Below, in pieces: positions 26,853 through 37,399 of a stretch of DNA of 64,000 nucleotides; positions within the stretch are counted from its first letter, which is position 1; each line of letters opens with the position of its first letter. The stretch covers positions 28,520,001 to 28,584,000 of the forward strand of contig OZ320316.1 of the NCBI GenBank assembly GCA_976226885.1. Reading direction: 5' to 3'. Below the pieces are notes generated by a model. That model searched no databases and had not been told where the DNA came from. It worked only from the letters and a program-made list of their open reading frames with translations. Source of the stretch: Iphione sp. A-MEVVRFRX5 (taxonomy: Eukaryota). The position numbers were made by a program, and so were the translations under genes.

Positions 26853-26946
26853 AGTAGTGTAGTAGGAGTGACCCTTAGACACGAATTCCGATGTCACATG
26901 ACCACATTCCAATGTCACATGATCTATGACGTCACAGTCACATGAC
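26853..26946 (+). repeat. Polinton left terminal inverted repeat
   Basis: Matches the reverse complement of 47993-48086 with 5 mismatches in 94 bp. Confidence 0.95.
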
Positions 26947-27654
26947 CATACGGAATATCCCATATGTGGGAAGGGGGAGAGGCAATAACGAGATCAAACA
27001 CTCCATAGATAGGGGTGGAAGGTAGGTAAGAGAGACCGTGTATATGTCAAGTGCACACCATGATAAGAAGATTACGTGTGTTATATAGATATCAGCAACA
27101 CTGTTTCTAGACTAGCTAGAGCTTAATGCTTGGTATCATCTAAAAGCCCTTGACGAGACCTTTCCAACGTGCTATTATACAACCTTCTATCACTAATATC
27201 AGACCTTCAAACAGCATTCACAACATAGCATACCTTTTCAACCTAGCCATGACTGAGAATACAAAAAAGAGACAATGAAGAAATAAAGGATCGATATATG
27301 GAATGAAATCTATTCAAGGTAGTATTACTCACCAAGTATTTACACTATAATACGATGTGTAGCCTATGATGGTATACGAATACTAAAATGTATCGAAATC
27401 AAAACTACATTACATATCGTCTCGTCTTTCTGATAACCAGAAGGTCATATAAGGAACGTTAATGACAAGGTAAATAGCAACGTCAAGTGAGTAGACATGG
27501 AGTAAATAGTTGGTGAGATGAACCAGACAAGTCCAAAGAGGGTTATACAATAAAAACCATCAAAATATATCTAAAAAGAATGATGATATGAGCGTATACA
27601 CACACACACACACAGAACAAACGAGAGAACACCACCAAGAGAATATCAGTTGAA

Positions 27655-28033
27655 ATGAGAAAGAAGATGGCAGAGAAGCAAATAGAAGAGTTAAAAAAAT
27701 GGATACAAGAGAAGGGAGGCACAGACAAAGCAGAGAAGAAAGGAAAGAAAAAGTTAATAGAGGCAATGAAGATGATGAAGAAACTGGAGAGCACAAAAAA
27801 GAAGATGAAAAGAAACAAGGAAAAGAAAGCAAGAAAAGAAAAGAGGAAACAACTGGTATCACTTACGAGAGAAGAGGTAAAGTTTTGATAAAATAATAGA
27901 TACAGGTACAGAACAAAGACGCTTCTATTATGAGATGAAGGATGAAAGTCTAAAGACTTGTATATTGTTATTTTTAGAGAGCAATACTCGCGGAATTCAT
28001 GGAAGGATATGAAGTGGACGGCACCGACGGTAA

Positions 28034-28069
<36 letters not shown>

Positions 28070-31000
28070 CAGCAATGACGACAGTAGTGGATATGGAGCG
28101 CAACAGTCAAGCAATGAGGATGATGAGGATGAGGATGACGAGGATGATGAGGATGAGGATGAGGATGGATTAAGAGCTGAAAGTATAATGATACAAAGTG
28201 AAGTAAGTCACAAAATAAAGTCATTAAGTACAATCCAATATTTATTTCATAATAAAGACAAGATCACACGTTACATATAGATTAAGTAGATGGTCATTTC
28301 GAGATAATTGATTGTATATATATATATAGAATGAATAAATGTTAATAGATAGCATATATGTAGAATCAAGATATAGAATAGACGAGTAATAGATTGTCGA
28401 GGTAAAATAAAAAAAATCAATATATATAATATGTAGCCCAGTTTGTTTTTTCTGGTTTGATTTGGTCTTTCGTTTTTCTTCCCCGGCGGTTACAGCAAAC
28501 AGGTGCAGGTGCGATAGATGATCGGGCAACACCATCACGACCACCACCATCAGCAGCACGAGGAGTAGTAGCAACACCATCAACATCTAGAACTCCAGCA
28601 CCATCATCATCATCATCATATGGTAGGTCGGATACAGCAGTTGCCAGCACTAGTGGAGTCAACACCGGAAGGAAGAAGAGGAAAAGGACCGTCACACATC
28701 CTGTAGAAGTAAGAAAAGAGATCATGAATATATAGCCGTATATAATATAAACAAAACAGATATTAAAAAATCTCAAGTACATATTTTTATCATCATCATA
28801 TTATTATTATGATCCTTTGTTTTTGTTTACATTTTTTAGAATATAGAAGTAGCAGGAGCAGCAGCAGCAGGAGCAGCAGAATCATGCCCGTATTGCAAGA
28901 GAACATTCAAGTACAAGACGGCCATGTCAAAACATGCAGCAGGATGTAAAGAAAAAATGAAATTACGATGTGAAGTATGTCAGAGGAGGTTTAACACAGT
29001 GAGCCAGAAAAAAACACATATGAGCAGGTTTCATAAGAAGAAGAGGCCCACATCATTCAAATGCAGAAAATGCAATGTCATAGTGAATTCAAAGAGGGAA
29101 TTATACCTCCACGATGGTGAACAACACGGTGGAGGAAACGATGAAGAAGAACTTCAACGTCCACCATGGACACCAGGAAATGAGCCATGGGCGAGAATGG
29201 GTACGGAAGAGGCAAGAGAGTTCGAAAGGACATATAATGCAAACAGGAGACATATCCTAGCTCGTCACAGGTTCGGTGATATATCAGCGACTTACAATTT
29301 CCCCACAAACAACTTGGCAGACGGTGGAGTGGAATTCGAGAGACACATGGACGAAATATACAGAAATGAGCAGAGAGCATTCAAGGTAAATGTCGGTTTT
29401 GGTTCGATGCTATGTCATGTCGAGTCTATTCAATTTAGATATTTTGTCCCCTATGGAAACAACAGTGTGTTCACGGAACCCATGTTTGTGTCGAGACGGG
29501 AAGATGTAGACAACGTGGTGTCGAGACTGAAGAGCATAGACCCAGAGAAATATTTCTTGGAGGACAGACCAGATACGAAATGGGGGTCTGAAGGGGTGAT
29601 GAACGTAGTGTACTTTGTATGGCACACATCTTATCCATTGGGAAGAGGAGGAGGATTTCTACCGAGATTCCTGAAGGGCAGACCATACTTGATCACGTTA
29701 GACCATCACATCGACGGAAGTGCATTGACAGACGAACTGTGTGCTTTCAGATGCTTGGCATTACTCGACAGAGAGCATCATAGATTAGAAGAGAAGTCTG
29801 AGGAATACTATCATCAATGGAGAGTCTTCATGGCAAGAAAACATGGCATGACACTCCCACTCGAAGCAAGAGACTACGAAGGTGTGGAGAGCAATCAACT
29901 CTGCGATCTGGAAGAATGCTTCAGCGTGAGCATATATGTGTACGAATTGACCAAGGAGGAGACAGTAATCATACGACATAAACCATTTCACAAATTCACC
30001 AAAACCATGCACTTAAATGTGTATCAGGGACACTTATCTTTCATCACAGACTTTGAACAGTATGCTCAAAAGTTCGAGTGTGTATTATGCAGGCGTTGCT
30101 TTAAACGAAGATTCAACATAATACGCCACATGAAGGTGTGTCCACTGAGGACATCATATACTTACAAAGGTGGGTACTACTCGAACCCACAAACATTGTT
30201 TGAAGAGATGGAGACGATAGGTGTGAACGTACCTCATCAAGACAGGTTATACAAAGATTTTGCCGTCTTTGATTGCGAGGCCATGTTAAGGGCGATGCCG
30301 GAAGGTGAGTGCCCCAAGTTGAAATGGATAAGAAAACACGAAGTGATATCAGTCGCAGTATGTAGTAACGTTCCCGGATTCGAACAACCAGAATGTTTTG
30401 TGTCAGAAGATATAGAAGAATTGATGGATGAGATGGTAACTTACCTAGGGAGAATACAAGCAGCAGCTCTTGTTAGAGCAAAAGAGAAATGGGAAGATGC
30501 ATTAGCCGAGTTAGACAGAATGATTGTTTCAGAGCGGGAGCATGCATCCGCAGGACCCGTCGTCGTCGAAACGAGCAACACGAACAACATAGACATGGAT
30601 GGCAGAGAAGAGGAAGATGAGGAAGAAGAAGAAGAGGAAGAGGAAGAGGAAGAAGATGAAGGAAAAGGAGATCCACACATGCGAATGCTGAAGCGACTAG
30701 TTAAGATAGCACAGAGGTTCACACACTACATCAGTGCCCTACCTGTATTGGGTTTCAATTCAGGTAAATATGATCTGAATGTGTTGAAAGGAGCGCTCCT
30801 CAGGCGGCTGAAAAAACAAGAAGATGATGAAGACGACGATGATGAAGATGAAGAAAAGGAATTATTTGTGATCAAACGTGGAAATACATATGTAACAGTG
30901 GATAACAAAAAATTGAAATTCCTCGATATCTCTCAGTATTTAACCCCGGGGGTATCTTATGCCAAATTTCTGAAAGCGTACGACGTGCAAGTCGAGAAGG

Positions 31001-33743
31001 GCATATTCTGTTATGAATACTTAGACGGTCCAGAGAGACTAGCGGAGACACGGCTACCGGACCATGAAGCCTTCTACTCGTCGCTGAAGGGTAGTAACAT
31101 AACGAGAGACGAGTACGAAGAGCTTCAGAGAACATGGATAAGGGAGGACATGCATTCACTTCGGGACTTGTTAGTCTACTACAACAAGTTAGACGTCAGA
31201 CCGTTCGTGGAAGGTGTTAGCCGGCTACAAAAGTTCTACTTCGAGCGGGGTATGGACATATTCAAGGTAGCGGTGTCTGCCCCTGGAGTGGCGAGGAGAT
31301 TACTGTTCCAGTCCGCCCTGAGTGGTGGCGCAAGATTCCCAACGTTTGGCACAAAAGAGGAAGACATGTACCAGACGTTTAGAAAGAACATCGTGGGAGG
31401 TCCAGCCATCGTATTCACAAGGGCACACGAGAAAGGTGTGACAAACATCCGAGATTCGAGGAACAAATGCCAGTCCATCATCGGGTTAGACGCAAATTCC
31501 CTTTACCTGTGCTGCATCGGGAAACCGCATGCCACGGGCACGTACGTGAGGAGGAGGGCCAACACGGGATTCAGACGGGAGAAAGCTCCACTGTCCATCA
31601 CAAGCGTGATATGGTTGGAATGGGAAGCGAAGACGAGGTCCATCACCATCACACATGCCCAGAACAGGTTCGAGGGAGAAGTGTGGGTAGGTCCATACAG
31701 AGTGGACGGCATCGCACTCGCCACAAGAACAGTGTTCGAGTTCAATGGATGCTACTATCATGGCCACCAGTGTCTGAAAGGAAAGACAAGAGAAGCAGAG
31801 AGAAAGAGACGAGAGAGACGCACAAAAGTAAGAAGAAAGTACATCGAGAGTCGAGGATACTCACTAGTGGCCATGGAAGAATGCCGCTTCGAAAGCATGT
31901 TGAAGGAGAACGAAGAACTCAGAGAACACGCCGAAAGATACACTCCCACATTCAGTGCCACTCACAGAGGAAAAGTAACAGAGCAACAGATCATGGAAGG
32001 CGTATGCGACGGATCTCTATTTGGGGCAGTAGAAGTAGACATACGAGTTCCAGAGAGATGGCCACCGGGAATGGAACGTGACAAGAGTCCCTCTGTCTAC
32101 TTTGGAGAGATGTGTCCTCTCTTCGGGAACACCTCGGTCAGTTTCGACCACATAGGAGAACACATGAAACAGCACGTGAGACAGCAGCGCATGTCTCAGA
32201 GACCGAGAAGGTTACTGGTCGGTGTCATGAGCGCCAAGAAGACCCTGATCATGACACCGCTTTTAAAGTGGTACGTCGAACACGGTCTCGTTGTCACAAA
32301 AGTATACCAGACGATCGAGTTCATCCCCCGAGAATGCTTCAAGAGCTTTGTCGACGACGTGACGGAAGCGAGAAGAAGGGGTGACTGCGACACAGACATG
32401 ACCATCATCGCAGACACCATGAAGTTGATCGGGAACTCTGCATATGGAGGCATCATCATGCAGAAAGAAAAACAACACGCGGTGAATTATTACACGAGCC
32501 CGAACCAAGCGGTGATGGCGGTGAACTCTCCACGATTCAGACAAGTGACAGAATTGAAAGGTCTGTACAAAGTGGAGATGGCCAAACCGAGAATAACACT
32601 GGACATGCCTGTGTATGTGGGGTTCTCGATACTCCAATACGCGAAATTGATCATGTTGTCGTTCTATTACGACTGTGTCGACAGGTTGATGGACCAATCC
32701 AAGTTCGAATACGTGACAATGGACACAGACAGCGCCTATATCGCACTGGCCAGTCCTTCGATCACAGGAGCAATGACGGAAGAAGGCAAGCGCACATACG
32801 AAAGAGACACACTGGACAACTGTGCCGACAACAAGCAACCCACCTGGTTCATGAGGGAGTGTTGTGCCACGCACAGAAGATACGATCGCCGCGTTCCGGG
32901 TATTATGAAGGAAGAAGCGAAGGGTGAGAAGATCATTGCATTAACCAGCAAGACATACATCATGGTCAACAGAGACACGGAACCTCTCACCATAAAGATG
33001 AGTTGTAAAGGTATATCGAAAGCTCTCGTGACAGATCCAGAACAAACATATGAGAGTGTGCTGGCAACGCGACAGAGTAGAACGGGTAGAAACACAGGAT
33101 TCAGAGCATGGTCAGGAACAGTGTGCACGTACGAGCTAGTGAGGCAAGGATTTACCTACTTCTATGCAAAACGAAGAGTGCACGACGACGGTGTGCACAC
33201 TTCACCTTTAGAACTGACACTCTGTCCCTGGGAAGACGGTGCCGGGGACTATGATATCATCATCAACCATCCGTGGCACGTATTGAGTCCCACATACAAA
33301 TGTGTTATGGGAGATGGATTCTTGTTGGCGGAGCACATGTTTCTCTACAAGATGGCAATGTACCATGGAGAAGACGACGTGGCAGAGGCAATCAAACGGA
33401 GTGTGGACAGAACAGAATACAGAGCGTACGCCGAGATGGTGGTGAAAGGAAACGAATGGAAAGGTGGAGCTCAATTTACGGCCATGACTGAAGTGACCAG
33501 GATAAAGTCGAGAGCTTTAGGAGTGATTGCAACATCGGCTCTGAACCACACGAAACTCATTGTCTATGCAAACAGAGATAAATATTGGGGGGTGGGAATG
33601 GACGAGGCGATGGTGATGATATCTACCCCAGAAGAATTCAGGGGGAGGAACAGACTGGGTGAGATCTGGGACGACATCAGACGTGAATTGAACAGCAGCA
33701 GCAGCACCACCAGCGACAGTAGGAGCATCAGCATCATTAGCTG

Positions 33744-33744
<1 letters not shown>
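27655..33744 (+). CDS. polB: Protein-primed family B DNA polymerase with C2H2 fingers, Vsr-like insertion and C-terminal NADAR domain; predicted exons 27655-27876, 27978-28202, 28496-28708, 28840-33744 (about 1854 aa)
   Basis: Exo I VFDCEA, Exo II GFNSGKYD, Exo III YNKLDV, Pol A GLDANSLY, Pol B KLIGNSAYG, Pol C MDTDS, end motif YAKRRVHDDGVHTSPL. Three GT-AG phase-0 introns join the upstream ORFs in frame. The core ORF is certain; the splicing is predicted. Confidence 0.93.
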
Positions 33745-33778
<34 letters not shown>

Positions 33779-33779
<1 letters not shown>

Positions 33780-34420
33780 TGGAAATAGTGATTCCGGAAT
33801 ACACCTTTGCTACTCCCTCCACCATCGTAGTGAGTGGGGCCACGTCTTCGGGCAAGACGCGTTTCGTGATACAGCTAATCAAGAACAGGCGAGTGTTATT
33901 ACAGCACCCAGTACCAGAGAGGATAGTCTATTGTTATGGCGTGTGGCAGAATGGGTTCGAAGACCTGGTGGGTGAAGTCGAGTTTCGTGAAGGCGCCAAC
34001 GTCGATGACATCAAACATCCAGGAGGCACATTACTCATTATAGATGACCTCATGGATGATGTAGTGCAAAATGATAAGGTTCGCAACTTGTTTACACGTG
34101 GTTCACATCACGATCGGATTACTGTTATCTACATTAATCAGAACCTCTTCTGTCAGGGTAAGTGCGCTAGGTCGATTGCCCTGAACTCGCAGTACATGGT
34201 TCTGTTTAGAAACCCACGTGACATTCAACAGATTGCACGTCTGGGTAGTCAACTGGGCATGCCGGAAGTGAAGTCAGCATATATAGACGCGACCAAAGAA
34301 CCTTACGGATGCTTGGTGATCGATCTTCACCCCTCCAACAACACGGAAGTGAAATTGACTAGTCATATTTTTGGTGAAGAAGAAGAAGACCACCACCCTC
34401 TCGTCTGGTACAAACAGTGA
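33779..34420 (+). CDS. A32/FtsK-like DNA packaging ATPase
   Basis: Walker A GATSSGKT, Walker B LLIIDDL, FTRGSHHDRITVIYINQNLF. Confidence 0.95.
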
Positions 34421-34422
34421 TC

Positions 34423-34440
34423 ATGTCATCATCGTCATCA

Positions 34441-34472
<32 letters not shown>

Positions 34473-35055
34473 GTCCGCACCGTCTTGTTTGAGAGAGCAT
34501 GCCAGTTTTATCCGCCTCTTACTCACCAGTCCTAGTCGTATCCAGATCGAGGCACTTTTCGACACGGCAACCACGGGTCAGCTGGATGCCCTCGCTGAGA
34601 TCGTTCACAATTTACTAGTACTCCCAGTAAGAGAAGAAGTCAGGCAATACGCTATAAAGAGGCGGAGGCTCTTGTCCAGACTGGTGAGTAACAAGGTGTC
34701 ACATAGAACGAAAGCAGCACTCGTCAGCAAACACTACCGCCAGTTACTGCACCTACTCAGGGCTGTAGAGGACGAGCTGTGGAATCTGACAGAAGGTGCG
34801 TCNNNNNNNNNNNNNNNNNNNNNNNNNNNNNNNNNNNNNNNNNNNNNNNNNNNNNNNNNNNNNNNNNNNNNNNNNNNNNNNNNNNNNNNNNNNNNNNNNN
34901 NNNNNNNNNNNNNNNNNNNNNNNNNNNNNNNNNNNNNNNATGCAGCCGGTCCACCACCACCTCCTCCACCACCGGCAGCAGGAGCAGCAGCAGGAGGAGC
35001 AGCAGCACTACTACCACTACTACCAGCATATTTTTCACCAGCACTGGCAGCATGA
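34423..35055 (+). CDS. Conserved Polinton small protein downstream of the ATPase (interrupted by the N gap)
   Basis: Helical ATTGQLDALAEIVHNLL..LLSRL segment of the kind seen after Polinton ATPases; hydrophobic GG..LLPLLP C-terminus; stop overlaps the next ATG (ATGA, 35052-55). Frame across the gap is uncertain. Confidence 0.65.
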
Positions 35056-35429
35056 GAAAACTAATATGTATACCTCAAGAGCGATATCAGGTTCTAGTAC
35101 GACATGGGGTTGAAAAAGAAGAAGAAGAAGAAAAATTAGTAACAACACCACCAGGGAATGACAACAACAACAACAACGGCAGAAGCGAAGCGGAGGGGGG
35201 TGCCATTGCGAGCGGCAGTGTGAGTGGTGGCGGCGGCGGCGGCGGTGGCGGCGGCAGCGTGAGCGGTGGCGGCAGTGGCGTGAGCGGCAGTGGCAGTGGA
35301 ATAAACACATCAATGCGAAGAAGGAGAAGGAAAAGGAGTGTCACACCACCACCACCTGGCATACCTGTAGAGAAGAAGAAAAAGAAGAAAAAACTACTCG
35401 ATTGGACTGAGGGATGGACAAGTATTTAA
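35052..35429 (+). CDS. Small Gly-rich, basic Polinton protein upstream of integrase (125 aa)
   Basis: MRKLICIPQERYQVL..PPPPGIP..KKKK..W; overlaps the integrase start. Confidence 0.65.
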   Translation: MRKLICIPQERYQVLVRHGVEKEEEEEKLVTTPPGNDNNNNNGRSEAEGGAIASGSVSGGGGGGGGGGSVSGGGSGVSGSGSGINTSMRRRRRKRSVTPPPPGIPVEKKKKKKKLLDWTEGWTSI

Positions 35430-36556
35430 CTCGGATCTACTACGACCCGCGTCATCCCGCTGCATTTGGAGGTGCCCGTCAACTGTACAAGCACTCCAGG
35501 GCGGCCGGACGACCGTATACCCTACGACAGGTGAAGGAATGGTTGCGTGGTCAGGAGACTTACACACTCTTTGCTCCTTCTCGTACTAGTGCCGCTTTGA
35601 AGCGACCTCGTGTGATTGTGTCAGACAAATTCGACCAGTTTGACGCAGACACAGCCAACATGAACGAATGGCGTGATTCTAACAAAGGAATGGGCTATTT
35701 CCTTGTTGTGATTGATATTTTCACGAGGTATGCATGGACCAGTCCATTGAAGAACCTATCGGCTAAAGACACACTGTCCGCTCTTCGTTCTGTGATGGCT
35801 GACCAGAAGTGTCGGGTGTTACGCACGGATGGTGGAAGTGAATTCAATAACCGGTGGGTTGCTAGCTATTTGAAACAGACACATATTAAGCATGTTGTCA
35901 CTAGAAATGAAGTCAAAGCTAATTATGCCGAACGCCTAATCAAGACACTCAAAACACGCCTCATGCGAGACATGTACCACCGTCAGTCACGGGAGTGGGT
36001 GAGTCGCCTTGCACACTTCACAGAGGCGTATAACCACCGTCGCCATCGCTCGATCGGTACTACGCCAGCTCTTGCCGCCTCTGACGACACCGACAAGGTT
36101 GAGTTGTGGCAACGACAGTACGGACGTCTCCCACCTACACCACCTACCACTAGTGGAAGAAGAAGAATAATAATACCCTATCGGTTAGAAGTGGGAGACG
36201 TCGTCCGTTTGGCTCGCTTTCGACGTCCTTTCAGTCGGGCTTATGATGAACAGTGGACACATGAACTTTTTGTTGTTGTAGCCCGTAGATGTCAGCAAGG
36301 TATACCCCAATATACCATCAAGTCGTGGAATAACGAAGAGATCGATGGCCGTTTCTATGAGGAGGAGTTGATCAAGGTCCGAGTGAACGACCAGACAACC
36401 TACAAGATCCAGAAGGTCTTACGTAAGAAAAAAGTGGACGGGGTCAACGGCTATGTTGTGCACTGGCTCGGTTGGCCCAGTCAGTACGACTCGTGGATCA
36501 GTGCAGATCAGATGCGCTCCATCGGTGCTCCTCTTTCTCCTTCACCTGTTGATTAA
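35414..36556 (+). CDS. int: Retroviral-like (c-)integrase with C-terminal chromodomain
   Basis: D (FDADTANM), LVVIDIFTRY, D (RTDGGSEF), E (NYAERLIKTLK); chromodomain YKIQKVL..YVVHWLGWPSQYDSWI. Confidence 0.95.
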   Translation: MDKYLTRIYYDPRHPAAFGGARQLYKHSRAAGRPYTLRQVKEWLRGQETYTLFAPSRTSAALKRPRVIVSDKFDQFDADTANMNEWRDSNKGMGYFLVVIDIFTRYAWTSPLKNLSAKDTLSALRSVMADQKCRVLRTDGGSEFNNRWVASYLKQTHIKHVVTRNEVKANYAERLIKTLKTRLMRDMYHRQSREWVSRLAHFTEAYNHRRHRSIGTTPALAASDDTDKVELWQRQYGRLPPTPPTTSGRRRIIIPYRLEVGDVVRLARFRRPFSRAYDEQWTHELFVVVARRCQQGIPQYTIKSWNNEEIDGRFYEEELIKVRVNDQTTYKIQKVLRKKKVDGVNGYVVHWLGWPSQYDSWISADQMRSIGAPLSPSPVD

Positions 36557-36987
36557 TGGACGTGTATCTACTTGCCACCCCTCTACTGAGCAGGCTCGTC
36601 TACCCACAGAACACAGCTGCCGACTTTGCAGTCGAACTCACGCGCCCCCTCGAATTGGTCAGTGGATGGGAATGTGCCTTGGTCGAGGCCTACTTCACTA
36701 CTCGTCTTCGTACTACTCGGGACGTGGTCGTTTGTACGGATTTGGTCAAACGTAACTACGTCCTCGTCAGTCGGGAACCACAACCCACCGTGCGTGTGGT
36801 GTGTACATCATCTACGGAGTTTAGGCGTCCGTGGTACATGCGGGTGAGTTCAAGCCGAATCGAACGTTTCTGGGTTTATTGCTCTTATCTATCAGAGGAG
36901 GAGAAGGAGGAGGGGGCAGAGGAGCCTCATATCAGACGTGTCGTGTTTCATCTCAGACCAGTCAGATCGTCGATACTGTCCACGTAA
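36556..36987 (+). CDS. Minor capsid protein (penton-like single jelly roll), compact 143 aa
   Basis: YPQNTAADFAVELTRPLELVSGWECALVE N-terminus; VVCTDLV, FRRPWYMRV and VFHLRP strands typical of Polinton mCP. Confidence 0.8.
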   Translation: MDVYLLATPLLSRLVYPQNTAADFAVELTRPLELVSGWECALVEAYFTTRLRTTRDVVVCTDLVKRNYVLVSREPQPTVRVVCTSSTEFRRPWYMRVSSSRIERFWVYCSYLSEEEKEEGAEEPHIRRVVFHLRPVRSSILST

Positions 36988-36991
36988 AGGG

Positions 36992-37387
36992 ATGAACTAC
37001 GTGCCCTACGTACCCCACTCGGATGCCTTTACCCACACTGTGCGGAAACGGTCTCACTACATCGGAAGGGGCGGTGGACCCCCTCTTAAGCTGGTGACGC
37101 CTACAGAACAGTCGGTGGAGAGAGCCAAGGCCAACCTCACGAAGAATATACCTCCTACCATTGGACCCAGGGCCACCGTTAGTATCAGCGCCGGTGTACG
37201 GAGACGTACTCCTCCTCTTCCTCCTATGAGCCCCGTTCAACCTCGAGGGCGGAAGCGGGCAGCAACAACAACAACAACAACTCCAATCAAGAAGAAGAAG
37301 AAGAAGAAGACAACTTCCTCTCCAAAGACAATGCAGAAAGGGAAGAAGACGACGACGATGATCCGTCGTAGATACCGTCGTCATTAA
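36992..37387 (+). CDS. Basic, core-like protein (131 aa)
   Basis: LKLVTPTEQSVERAKANL motif plus K/R-rich tail; located between mCP and MCP. Confidence 0.7.
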   Translation: MNYVPYVPHSDAFTHTVRKRSHYIGRGGGPPLKLVTPTEQSVERAKANLTKNIPPTIGPRATVSISAGVRRRTPPLPPMSPVQPRGRKRAATTTTTTPIKKKKKKKTTSSPKTMQKGKKTTTMIRRRYRRH

Positions 37388-37399
37388 AAAAAAACAAAG

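Noticed and set aside
27588-27654. Upstream ATG that would extend pPolB exon 1 if the (CA)n tract had one more unit, suggesting a phase-variable switch
   Set aside because: A single sequence cannot show length variation, and the ATG at 27655 is sufficient.
29078-33882. Numerous antisense ORFs over pPolB and other Polinton genes
   Set aside because: Shadow ORFs from codon bias and triplet repeats.
34803-34939. Run of N read through by several ORFs
   Set aside because: Assembly gap; length and frame across it are unreliable.
37060-37080. Possible adenain cleavage site (YIGRGGG) in the basic protein
   Set aside because: Does not fit (M/I/L)xGG or (M/I/L)xGxG exactly; cannot be supported from sequence alone.
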